In this document: positions 46,136 through 59,700 of the stretch, one piece after another
Numbering within the stretch: position 1 is the first letter of the stretch
Layout of the letters: each line of letters opens with the position of its first letter
From: Balanoglossus misakiensis
Lineage: Eukaryota; Animalia; Hemichordata
DNA: 64,000 nt
Assembly (NCBI GenBank): GCA_040954595.2
Contig: CM082576.2
Span: forward strand, 11,597,129 to 11,661,128
Direction of reading: 5' to 3'
The notes under the pieces: model-generated
What the model was told of the DNA's origin: nothing
Databases searched by the model: none
Seen by the model: only the letters and a program-made list of their open reading frames with translations
Made by a program: the position numbers and the translations under genes

Positions 46136-49100
46136 ATGGCCTCAGTGATGTTTGGCGCGCTGTCGATTTCTGGACGGCGATTAGGCAGTTGTTGCCGTCC
46201 ACTTACAAACAGCATAATTTCGAACTATGCCCGAGCCTTGTCAACGACGACGACCCTCAAATCAATCGGCGGCATTTGCTCGACTGAAATACCAGAAGTG
46301 AAAACGCTGAACGAGCGCCATAAAGCGAAGATCCGAAATTACACGGACCTCTATGACTTCAGTTTGCGCGAACCCGGTACATTTTGGGGGACGCTTGCGA
46401 GAAACAGACTTCAATGGTATCGCGATTTTGACCAAGCTATGGACTGTGAGATCGAGAAGGGCAAGATGGCCTGGTTTCTTGGCGGTAAGCTGAATGTTTC
46501 AGGTATGTACCGCCATCTCGAAAGAAAATCGAGTCCAATTATGTATTTAGTTTAAAAGGTCAATTGTTGACCAGGAAAGTGAAAAGTAAATGCCGCGATG
46601 GTGTGTGGAGTTTTTTTTTGTATTCCCCCTTTATAGTGAGTTGCCAACATAAAATTGTGTTTTATCAAATCATATGTTTTAATCAAATATGCATAAGTTA
46701 ATTAATATAATATGACGTTTAACATAAAACAAGGCAAACGTTCATGGTGGGGGGGGGGGGTTGTACGTGTGTACGTGTGTTCACGCTTGTACATTGTTGA
46801 AATCAGACAACCCACTGAACCAGTATCCCCCCCCCCCCCCTAAACAAAAACATGTGACAAGCATGTGACCTACATATTTACGTCCTTGCGAAGTTGCATG
46901 AGTATTTGAGAAAGCGCCACTTCAGGTGAAGTCAAAGTTGAATTGTGTGATTTGGTCAAGAAGTAGCAAAACATTTTTGTACTTTTGTACTTTTTGGGTG
47001 CAGTATGTTATTAATCCAAAATTATCATATATGAGTGACACTAGCTAGTGTAATTTGACCTTTTTCTATGTTTAAATAATTTATCTTGCATTGCTTTCTG
47101 TGTCACCACTACCAGTAAATTGTGTTGATCGACATAAAGACGTAACTCCAGATAAGATTGCCCTGATCTGGGAAAAAGATGAACCAGGGACTCAAGAAAC
47201 AGTTACATACAAGTAAGTACCTGTAGTTGTCTTTTCTGAATACATGTGTACAGAAGCTGATTTATAAGGACAATGAGTTTGAGGGTTTTCAAAAGATTAT
47301 CAGGTTAATGGTTTTTAGACACACAGTGATGGTTTTAATGGTGTACAGTGACCCACTTTATAACTGATAGGATCTGAGGAGTTTCTATGCCAGTTTGAAC
47401 TTAAATGTTTTGTCAACGTCAAATGGAACTTAATTGAAAAATTAATTCCCTAATTTTAAATTCTTTGCATATATATAGGCAGCTGTATGAATTGATGAAC
47501 CAGTTTGCGAACGTCTTGAAAAATCACAAGGTGAAACGCGGCGACCGGGTCTGTATCTACATGCCAGTGTCGCCGTTGGCAGTGGCTGCGATGCTGGCGT
47601 GTGCCCGTATTGGAGCTATCCACAGGTGAGTTGAGACTATATAATCCTGTCTAGACTGGACACCAAAGAGACTGGGGGATAAATGTTCAGTTTACAGAGG
47701 TGTCTGGTTTACAGAGGTTTTACCTTTGACAAAGGTTTCACCTTTGACAAGCACAAGTGCACACAAACAAATATGAATTTTGAAAGTGAAAGTGAAATGG
47801 AAAATTGTAGTAATTTTTTTACTTATACAGTGAGAAAGTTTACACCAAGGTAGAATTCACTTCAGTATAGTATAAGAATGATGGAACAGTAAAATGCCTT
47901 TTTTTTCATCTTTTATTTAGTGTCATCTTTGCTGGTTTTAGTGCAGAAGCACTGAGTACTAGAATCAAAGATGGTAAGTTGAACCTTGGAATATGTGTGA
48001 TGTGCAAGTAACATTAAATGTATTTACAAATCCCTAAAAGAATGCACTTTATTTTTAACAGGCAAGTATGTTATTACTTGCATATAAAACATGCACACGT
48101 CTGTTACATTATGTTGCGTTGACAGACAGTGCTCACCATCAGCTCTCCCAGTATGTGTATAATATCATGGGTTAGAGTTGAATATCCAAAGTTTTGTGTT
48201 AATTCTTCACCTCAGCTGTGACCAATGTTCCATTCATATTTTTTCAATTTTCCTGTGTCATTGTTCGATACAAATGACCAGGAAATTCATTGAATTACCA
48301 TATACTCAGTCTGTAAATATTCCTTTTTGCGTTTTTTTTTATGTTTTAAAGCCAATGCTGAAGTGGTAATCACAGCTGATCAAGCCGTCAGAGGCGGTAA
48401 AGTTATCGAATTGAAACAAACAGTGGACAAAGCTGTGGCCAACTCCCCATGTGTGAAGAAAGTGTTCGTAACCAAGAGAACCGGCGCCGATGTGCCAATG
48501 GGCAGTTTAGATATACCCGTGGAAGAGGTGGGTGTGTGGTCTGTGTCTGCCTTTGGTTAGATGTTCTCTAAAATATTGATAGAAATCTCACTGGTTACAT
48601 CATCCTGCGTCTCATGGATTTTAACAATGAAGTGGTTTCAGAGTAAATGCAAAGAAAAGATTGAATTTACCTAAAATTTTTAAGTTCAATTATGTTATAC
48701 GTGTACTGTGCTTTTTCTCTCTGTTATAGGAGCTTGCAGGACAGTCTACAGAATGTGAACCAGAAGTCATGGACAGCGAAGATTTGCTCTTCATGTTGTA
48801 CACATCTGGCAGCACGGGCAAACCCAAGGGATTGGTCCATTCACAGGCAGGGTATCTACTCTATGCAGGATTCACACACAAGGTGAGGGATGGTCAAGTG
48901 TGCTTTAGCGAAAACTCTGTTTTTGAAATGACTATACATTACTGTCAGTGAAAATTCCAAAACATTTGCGATGTATGTCATGGATTAATTGCAAGTCATT
49001 CATGTTAATTCGAGTTCAAAGGTTACTGGTACATGTATCTATTTTCAGAAATTGGTACTCTCTTTTACCAGGAAATCTATTTCATATACCTTTTATTATG

Positions 49101-52100
49101 TTGATGATTTTTCCAGACCGTTTTTGATTACCAAGAGAATGATGTCTTTGCCTGTGTGGCCGATATTGGCTGGATTACTGGCCACACTTACGTGGTCTAC
49201 GGCCCTCTCTGTAATGGGGCCACAACTGTCCTCTTTGAAAGCGTGCCTACATATCCCGACCCAGGTGAGTCTTTAAGATATGAGAGTCTGACAGTGATTA
49301 CATGAAACTGCCACACCCGGTTTTTGCTTCTAAAATCCAGGAATCGTTAAGTCTGAAATGGCTAATGCAAAAGGTAAGATGTCAAAGCAAATCAGTGGGT
49401 GAAATTCTGAAATAAAAAATTATTAGTCACATTTTGCTGTACAGCATAAATAAAATTTATCATTATGAAATTTGCATGAAGTTTATTGACATATTCCACA
49501 AATATCTCTCTATCATTTTTATGACAGGTCGTTACTGGGAAATGGTTGAGAGGTTAAAGGTCAACCAGATATACTGCGCCCCGACTGCCATAAGATTACT
49601 TCTGAAGTACGGCGACAAGTATGTCACCAAGTACGACAGATCGTCGCTCAAAACTATTGGATCAGGTACGGCATTTATAATTCCAATCAAAAAGAGCTTT
49701 GCTAATAAATAACCGCTAAATCAATGAGTCTGGTCTGACCTGACATAACCTTTGTGTTGATAAGGTCATGCGATACCCGACCTACAAAGAAGAAATCTGA
49801 TTTTGATCGTTTATTGTTATATTATGGAAAACGATAATTTTGAACACTCGCCATCGAACAGGAAAGTTCTTCAGATCTTGGAATGATGAAAATCTGAATG
49901 TTAAGACATGTTGGTGTCAGTGTTTTCACATAAAATAGAACATTGCATTGTCATCAAGCTGTATTTGAACTGTTTTTTTGTCTCAGTTGGTGAGCCTCTT
50001 AATCACGAAGCGTGGGAGTGGTATTATGAAGTTGTTGGGAAGAGGAAATGTACACTGGTTGACACATGGTGGCAGACAGGTATGGTGATCAATCTGGTCC
50101 AGTCATTGTTGTTGAATCTCATCGGAAGATCTTCAAAAATCCCATAAGCATTGCCTCTCATCTGTATCCTGCATCATTTCAGCCGTGAGATAATGATTGG
50201 CACGGTGACTTGTTTTGCAGAAACTGGTGGCATTTTGATATCACCTCGTCCGTCCCGACCGAACGCTGAAGTGCGTGTTGGCCCAATGAGGCCTCTGCCG
50301 GGAATACAACCAGCTCTTATGCGTGAAATGGTCAGTGGTCAATCCAAGTCTCAATGTTGATATTCTGTGCATGTCTGCTGTTGAAATATTTCCCCCACAT
50401 CTCGAAATCATTACCCATCAGTAAGGTTATTTGATGGTACGTTGGACCTGCGTCCATTTTAAGCAAGATACGAGTAGTCGAGACTGGAAAAAATCTGTGC
50501 ACATATAATTTCATGTTGGTAGCCCTGAGCAGCCGTTCTGTACAAAACTTCATTTTATCCGAAGTGGCTGATATTGTTAAATATATTCTGTGTAATTTCA
50601 GTTTTTTTACATTTCAGTAATTGCAGTATACAAGACATAACACTATTTGTAAGGTTTCAAATATCATGCGTTTGTAATATGTGATCTGTTCATTTTTGGC
50701 CGCTTTCATATTTGCAACGTCCATTTTGTTAACTCACACTGTTTGTTTTTATCTTTTTTTAAAAACTTTTCTCCATGGACATTTTGTATCTTGTCATCCT
50801 ATACAGGAGAAGGTAAAGTGTCAAGCCTGTGTCTGTCTGTCTGTCTGTGTGTGTGTCTGTGTGTGTCACTCTGTGTCTGTGCGTCCATTGTGACACTTTG
50901 CACTTGAGTTTCACTATACTGGCTGAATCTGTCGGCCGACACTAATACAACAATATACTCACCAGCACTGCATGTTGTCTGCTGTTTGGTGTTTTTGAAT
51001 TTGGAAGAGTGTGGCAACAGCTCACAGAATGATTTCCTCGTTTCATCGTATTATGAAAGTATAAGACAATGCATTCTGAGGAAGAAATTCATTCTGTTAG
51101 ATACACTGCCTTTGACCCATTGTCATGCGTCGTGTGTGTTTGTTTGATCAGTTTTCGAATACTTTTTCTCTTACAGGCACGTACTAACTTAAATCGTTTC
51201 ACCCTGTCTGCCTGATTAGCACTCACAAAATAATGTTTCTCAATTCTCATTCCTGCACTACCTTTTCCTCAATAACAAGATGTCACTTACACTAGCTGTC
51301 ACCTAAAGTCTCACTTGACCCTCACATCCTGGTATTTATGTTGGTACAAGTCTCAGATCAAGCATGGCATATTTAGGTCACCCAAAGTTTGTTGCATTCC
51401 ACACTAAAAAAATTTCATTCTTACTTCTTGGTTGTCAAAACAAGAGATTTCTGAAGATCACATACCAACAAAAATGTCAGGATGGGAAGTCGCACAGGGT
51501 CATAAAAATGGCCTTCTGGTATTCTCTTAGTTATGTTTTCACTAAACCCTTTCAGAAGGCTTTAGAAATTTGTATTGCTGTAGTTTGTATGAAAAAGAAT
51601 ACAAAATGTTATTCAGTGATATGAACGGAAGGCCAATGATTCAAAAATGCAAAATAACATCTTTGTGAGCTGAGAGATTGTCATCTGGGACTAACAGCAA
51701 TAAAAAAAGTCTGCAGTGCAACGAAGACAAATTGTATATTTGACCGAATTTTCTCAAATGTGTCTTATAAGTTGAAGGGTTCACTGCTGACAAGAAGTTT
51801 GCATTTTTTCTCTCAGCACAAAGAAGTGATGGGCAATGATGTCTATGGGGCATTGTGTATCAGGACCCCATGGCCTGGCATTGCAAGAACAATTTATGGT
51901 GATCATCAGAGATACTTGGACACTTACTTCTCCCCATTTCAAGGTAAGAAAAATATACAGAGACAATGTGAAATGTTTTGTTTATTATTTCAAATTTAGA
52001 GATAATTCATATGCTTTTCTTCAGCAAGGATTGTAAATTCACATTTTTATAAGATTTAAAATGTCAGGTATCAGTGTCTGGATGTACATTGTACAATTGA

Positions 52101-53470
52101 CAAATCAACACATTTTTTCCCAAATCAGATATGTACTTCACTGGGGATGGTGCTCACAGAGATCGAGATGGCTTCTATCTGATCACTGGACGCATGGATG
52201 ATGTCATCAATGTCAGTGGTCATCGTCTGGGAACGGCTGAAGTAGAAGATGCCATGGTGAGCATTGCCTGGGGGTGGTGGTGGTGGGGAGTTTTGTAGGA
52301 TTGACAATGACGACTTTGATGAGGTCCAGATACATCTAAATTTTGGAAAGCTATTGCTCATCATGAACCTGTGCAGTCGACGTCAAGAGCAATTTCATGG
52401 AACAGAATTGTGACTCTTTCGAGTTGTGAAAAATCTGCCATCACCACTCTGCCATGACTAAACACACTTTCAAACAAACATGTGATTTTGACGTTACAAA
52501 TGTGTTCAACGTTTTCTTTACAGGATGAACACCCGGCCGTTGCAGAGACAGCAGTGGTCGGATTCCCACATGACATCAAAGGAGAAGGTACATGTTTATA
52601 TGTGTATACTTGCAATATTAGGAAACTACAGGCAAAACAAATCACCAATGTCATTGTGGAAATTTCAGTGAAGTCAAGCATTTGAATATGATTGTGAATA
52701 GAGCTGTGTGTACATGTTTTGTGTGCCAATGGAAATTTTAAACTTTCATCCAACTTTTTCGTGAAGAACTTATGCAAGCTGTGTTGACAATGACGTTTAA
52801 TCATTTCAGGTGTCTACGCATACATCACATTGAAGGAAGATATAACAGAGCCAGAGGAGATGATCATCGATGAACTAAAACAGATGGTCCGCTTACAGAT
52901 AGCCAGCTACGCTGTGCCTGAAATGATACAGGTAGAATACTTCAATCTGAGCCACTTGATCTCTTGTCATGTGTGAACTCAACTGTTAATGCACTTGTAG
53001 TTTCTTCAGACATTGTTTGTATGTTTGAATCGATGAACCAAACTGATCTTCAGAAAATTCCAGGATTTTTTTAAAGATTTATACGTAGCCTGAGCTTTAC
53101 CACATTGTAAAAAAGAACAGTTTTCGGGTTTTAAATGGGACAATATTTGTCGCAAGGAAAACAGTTTGAAGAGTTCTCGAACTTCTTCCGAATGCACCTA
53201 ACACAAGTTTTGTACTTATTATAGAACTTACGTACTACACTGAGAACCGTTTCACAGTTTTCATGAAGCATGACTTTTTCCCGTTATTTGCAGGTGGCAC
53301 CCGGACTACCAAAGACACGCTCTGGTAAAATAATGCGACGTATCCTACGCAAGGTGGCGGCCAATGAGCACGACGATCTGGGAGATGTGTCCACCCTGGC
53401 CGACCCGACGGTCGTCGAAGCCATCGTCAAGAACCATGATGTTCTGATGCAGAACAACAATCTGTCGTAA
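46136..53470 (+). CDS. ACSS1: Acetyl-CoA synthetase, mitochondrial type
   Basis: About 15 exons from 46136-46502 to 53294-53470. It has a mitochondrial-type presequence, [59 protein letters not shown] and [16 protein letters not shown]. Confidence 0.95.
47640..47750. repeat. Degenerate MITE-like remnant with short direct repeats in an ACSS1 intron
   Basis: TTTACAGAGGT and ACCTTTGACAA each occur twice. CCTGTCTAGACTGGACACC has loose inverted similarity to GGTGTCTGGTTTACAGAGG. Confidence 0.3.
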
Positions 53471-54727
53471 CAGCAGCTTGCTTATCCTATTATAAAATGC
53501 ATGCCAGGAGCTGTATAACTTTTGATGATTTTTTTCATTATTTTGGTTTATGCAACAACTGATTTATCATACTCACTAAAACATGTTTAAAATGCCAAGT
53601 AATTCAGCTTGTCAGCCAAGTATGTTGATATGTGAAGTGCAGTGTAATTGACATTTGAATTTTAGTCCACATTAAAATTTAGTTGTCAGCAGTTGCTTGC
53701 CCTACATGTGCGTACATAGGCTGTAATGACAGGCTGAATATAAGGGCATGAGAAATGTTATAGGGAGTTGATCCATAAACTAGTGGGCACACAGTATAAA
53801 ATACTGAAAATATAATTATCAAAAGTTATTGCAACTCTTCCTTAGCCAAGAACTATATATTAACTTCAAGAAAACATACTTTGCTTCCAAATCAGAGGCC
53901 TGACGAGTGACTATATCTTTGTTATAGTGAAAAATCCCTTGCCATTTTTAAACAGCATTTAAATGCCATGTGTAGATACCAGTTTCTTTCATTTTATTTT
54001 TAGCAATGGAACGAAAATTACCCAGGCTGAAACAAAGTTCTCACTGTAGTTATGATTGGTAAATAGCTCAACTTTAAATAGACAAACATCGGTCCAGTTT
54101 TAATCACGAATGGGAGCTGGAAATCAAACCATGATGAGAAGGGTTGACAGAGTTGGAATATATCAACTGGCCTGTGGGTTTTTGCCAACTTTCAGGACTA
54201 GTAGATAATGCTTTGTGTACATGATCTAGGTGTACATGTGCAGTGATTTTAGATGTACAGACTGTAGATATGAAATGAGAATTTTTGCTGCAGCGCTAGT
54301 GTGGGCAGTATTTTAAACTCTGTATCATGATTGAAATTGACAATAGTGACGTTTTGTAAATCCTTGGAGACAAAAATTCTCCCAATTCAGTTTTGACACT
54401 CTGTGGATCACTCTATTTCCACTTCAAATTTATATTTGATTATGTTGTTGGACTGATTTTGAAATAGGAGCAAAAATCTATTTCTGTATGCAGTTGGTCA
54501 AACTAAATATAGACCATGGCCATGCGTTTGTTTTAATTTTTGGTGAAGATGCTGCCATCTGAATGAAATAATGCATTAGAATTTTGTGTTCTAAATATAC
54601 CAGTGTGTACAGCAGGTACTGTTTTGATTTTTAAATGGGAAAGCTTTAAAAATTACCTGACTGTCTGATTGAAAATAATATTTAGGATAGTTGACAGGAT
54701 TGATATCCAGCCTGTTAATTCCATTGT

Positions 54728-54730
<3 letters not shown>

Positions 54731-54758
<28 letters not shown>

Positions 54759-54761
54759 GGG
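54731..54761 (+). repeat. Poly-G tract downstream of the ACSS1 stop codon (probable 3' UTR)
   Basis: 26 consecutive G followed by AGGGG. Confidence 0.9.
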
Positions 54762-56741
54762 TAGCTGCACATTTCTGTTTGCAAACAGGAGAGGGCAGTG
54801 TCTTTTTACTCTGTGTGTGACTGTATGGGTTTTACTTCCACATGAAATGGGCCTCTGTTGTAGTTTTCAAAAATGCCTTCTGTCAGTACATGTATACAGG
54901 GTGCCATTTTGCATATATCACGCAAACACACAGATAATCTATTTCAGGATTTTCTGTGTCACTACAGGAAATGAATTGTTCATGATGAAAGCATACGTTG
55001 AAAAAAATAGAATATTATTGTCTGTGTCTTACTTCATACAGACAAGTACATTCAGGGTTTAGTCGTCTTCCACAAATGAAACTTTGTCAAAGATTTAATA
55101 GTATATCTCTTTATCTGTACTTTCTTTAAGTGCTACAAGTATATACATCCATATTCTGTAAAAACATACCTTTTTATGAAGTGTTGAGGAAAAAAATCCT
55201 TCTTTAATAAACATAGTAGAAGTAAACTAGTATATACATAGCGTGAGAGAGAAATTGTAATTTTACTGACTTACCCCCACCCCACCCAGTTTCAGTGGTG
55301 AGATTGGAATCAACATGCTTGTCTTTAAGTACAAGGTTATGAATTGAGTGACCATTTTTTCACCAATGGTTTTTCTGCGGGTGAACTCATTCAACGAAGT
55401 TTTATCTCAAAATCGAGCACGCTGACCATATCATTTTACTAGACCGCTGCATTTATTTTCATTGCATTAAACTTCATGAAAAAAACAATAGTAGAAATGG
55501 GATTCCTAGCAATTCTCAATGTAATCCATCATTTGTCAGAATTTGTTTGGGGTTGTACTTGCATGACAGTTCATCAAAAAAGCGCCACCTGTGCTTGACA
55601 TTGTCAATCATTTCGTTTGGAGTCTGATCCTCATGAAACTGAAGGACAAATATAATGAACAAACAATTGACATTTTTGACAGTAAAGATTACAGTTATTA
55701 TGCTTAAATGATAATTACGCATAAAGTATTATTTTCTCCTAGGATGTAAATCTCGTAATTAAGCATATTTTCAATGAAAGTAATGTAAACATCCGTGCAT
55801 AAATAGAATCCAAGACATACTCATTTTGATGATTCTTTATTTACTTCAGAAGTTATAAAATAAAATCAATCTCTTTACATTAATATCTGTCCCAATGCTT
55901 TTGATGAAATTTTAATAATCATCATTGTACACATTGACTTAAAAACCTTACATTGACTTAGAGCTTTACATATTACATATGTATTAAACTATTTTAAAAA
56001 TAGTGCTTTTATTTTTCAACTTGTACTTGGCATTTTAAAGTTATTTGAAGAAAAGATGCATGCAAAAGTCATGCTTGTGAACTGACGAATTTATAAAAAA
56101 AAAAAAAACGTCAAGCAGTTTCAACAACTTATTTAGTATTAATAGTCAGTAGAGCTCCTGTTCAAATGTTTTAAAGAACATGAGAGCATAACTGAAACCC
56201 TGTGTTACATATATCTTGTTATGGGATACTGCATAGTGTATATCAAAAGTAACTTATAAAACCAGGAAAAATACAAAATAACAAAAACATGCAAATGTCC
56301 CAGTACCAAAATGCTAAAAGTTCTGTGATGACTCAAACATGGTAAAAATTCAACACTCTTCTCTGTGATTAGGCCAGAAAACTGTATACAAGCACACACG
56401 ATTTCTCACATTCCGTGACCATGTAATGATGATTATATTCTAAAGTCCAGTGCTTCTTTATGCTACAAGTAAAAGGTGCCCACATTCAAGAGTTTGAGAA
56501 TACTGGTATTTAAAATTGCACTTCTGATTTTTAATCACATTCAATTCTATTTTCATGTCTGTACCAAGCCATTAATATCCAAGTTGATTTTAGACAATGG
56601 ATTTCATTTGTGCATTTCCAGCAAAGCTTTATAATCATGATTAAACAGCTGATCGAATGCACTGTCTTGATTCCTTGATTCAAGAAATGACTGCCACATA
56701 GGGAATGTGGGGCCAGGCCGCAGAACAAACCACACTCCCAC

Positions 56742-59700
56742 TTATGTTGTGCCCGGCTGCTGGAAATCCTCGTCCTGTATAGAGCTGAGGGCCCATCCAC
56801 CCTTGCCGTCCAAACGCAGCAGGGTGCTGTGGAATTTTCTGAGGCTGCTTCGATGTCCAATGCTGATCACGGTCATGTTCAGATCCCTGCACACCTTGTA
56901 GAGTAACTCCTCCGTTTCCTGAGAGAGGGCGCTGGTTGCTTCATCCAAAACTGTAATGGCATCAATGACACAATGTTTACACATATTATAACATTCATAT
57001 CTCCAATACATGTACAATCTAATCACACTGACAGGGTAGGGGTTTGCTAATGTCAAAGATTCCCACTCTAAGACACTGCATGTTGGCTACCTCTGCAGGA
57101 TAATATAGTTCTATACAGTTCCACTTACTTGCTACAGCTGGTTTGTGATAGAAAAGTCTGGCAAACGACAGCCTTTGCATTTCTCCAGGCGAGAGCTCAT
57201 CAGGCCAATTCATATCCACCCCTCCGTCTAAGCCTCCCACCCTGTCGCATATTGGTAGTAGCCCGACCACGCCCAGATAGTACTGAAGGGTGGCCTCCTG
57301 GCTTGGTTCTTTGGTGGTGTGAGTTACCTTGCAGGGATAGTAGATCTGGAAGAAATAGAAGAATTATAAATAGCACCTGTGAAGTTGACTTTTAGCAAGA
57401 TACAGAAATGAATTGTACATCAGTTTAACATTGCGATGTTTTTGATGGTTGTATCTGTCAGATAATTGTACAGTTGGGATTTCCACACTCAAAGTCACCC
57501 GATTTTCAAGGATTGCCAATTTTTTTTTTTCAACAGTTTTTTGTCAGTAATATTAGCTTGTCAGTAATATTCCCACTATGTGGGTATTTCCCTATCCCAC
57601 AAACTGTGACAGACCATTTGAATCAAAGGCTGAATTTGCTGCTACTATGATATAACGCTTGATATATGATTGACCGCTACGTGTAAGCTAGGGTAGGGTA
57701 GGCTCACTCTTTTGAAACAGATGATATATACATTGTACTCTAGATTGTATACATGTGCATTCAAATTAAAATGTATTACTGCACTGTATGTAGGTATTGT
57801 TGTCCCTTTCCATAACATAAGGTGTCACTTTTCAGATATGAATGTAGCGGACAAAAACAAACAAAAGTACCTGTTCTCGTAGTGTTCCATCGGTGAGATA
57901 GGGTTTCTGCGGCAAGTAGAGCACCCCTTCCGTACCGAATGTCATCATTCTCTCGACGTCGCCACACAAAGTGGGCCACAATCCATGCAGGACTCGGAAC
58001 AGCGATGTCTTGCCGCTTCCAGTGTTGCCCGTGATCAGGATGTCCTCACCCCGTGCTATCTCTATGCTGAGATCTGTCAGACAGAACAGTGAAAACTGTG
58101 AATGCACAATGCTGCAGAGTGTATGAGTGTGCCGCACCAGTGGTATTTGTGCTGTGTGTCCATCTATTCACGAGTGTAGCCAGAGATACAATGCACGGTG
58201 GATGAATACATGTACACTGTGAGCATAAAATCATTATTTCAGGTTTCATGACTGTTTTATAATATTGGGATGAAACGGGGTGTGTGACTACCTTGTTTTA
58301 TAAAGATGATTTTTAATATCACACAGTCCTCCCCATAAGAAATCAAAAGCACCAACGTAAATGTTCCCGTTCTCACCTCTGACAAGTATTGTTTCACTGT
58401 TGGGAGGAGAGTACGAGACAGAATTCAACTGGAAGGCCACATCACTAGGAAGTTTGGGTTTCACTTCAAACACCTCAAGATCTCTCTTCCTCTCCCTGTC
58501 CTGATCAATATCTTCATTGATGACGGCTGACGTCACCAAGGGACTGATTTCTTTGTCTGTCATATCACCACTGCCGGAGGGATCATTGTCCTTATTCTCC
58601 TTATCCAAGACGTCCATTTGTTCCTTCAATTCCATTATTCTGAAATTGACGAAAAAATTCCAAAAAGTCAGTTTTTTTAATTTATGACTGCAAGTATGAA
58701 CTTACTTGTTCTTTTCGACAAAATCAAAAATTACACTGATTTGAGATAAAAATGTACAATAAGGTGACAGTTACCTGTGAGTGAAACCAGCGATGTCGGA
58801 TATTTTGGTGGACAGATTGATCAGACTGGTGAAACAGTATATCAAATACATTGACACAAAGGAGACCTGTTGGCAGGGAAAAGAAGAAGTCGAATAACAT
58901 CATTTATGTAATCAATTAAATTTCATAAAGTAACTATACATGAGGTCTTTCTTGTTAAAATTCATATCAGTTGGTAGCAAAGTGGAAAAGTAACTTGGTG
59001 GACATAGTTATTAAATGAGTCGCAACATACCATCTAAGGGGAGAACCATTTAATTTCTGGGGGGATGAGGATTTGGGTATGTCAGCTATTTTTTTCTTCA
59101 GCCACTGTTGTACATCCCTTTCCTCAGGCCACACCAGAAAATTTTTTTTTTTCCTCGAGTCCACACCATCTGCCAACAAATCCCCTCAATCCTCCATCCA
59201 TCCCACTCCCCAAATGGTTCTCCCCAACAACACAATCCTTTTCTAGCGAGTCTAATATCCACAAGTACTTACGGCACTGATGAGCGAACTGAGCTCGGTT
59301 GGCGACAGATGATCGTAGACTCCAAGGAAGATGGGAATGGCAATGATCAGGTAGCTCAGAATGCTACCCACGTAGTTGAACATGTTGACAGAAACTGAAA
59401 GAGAACAATAACAGTCCACAATGAAAAGCAAATCACATGAAAAGATTATCAACATTTGTGATGGAATTTGTGACAGCAACTTTAATATCTTTAAACACAA
59501 ATTATCCATGCATTGAGTGTAAAATCAGTAGATTCTTGGTAGGGCAAAACAACTCTGAATAATTATCGACACATAATGAAAACTGCTATACTTACAATTT
59601 AACCAGAAATCACAATTGACCAGTGACTGCTGAACATTGAGTAGTCTGTGCAGTTTTTTATTTGATTTTTCTTCTTCCAGTGCCTCAGCTCTGTAGAAAG

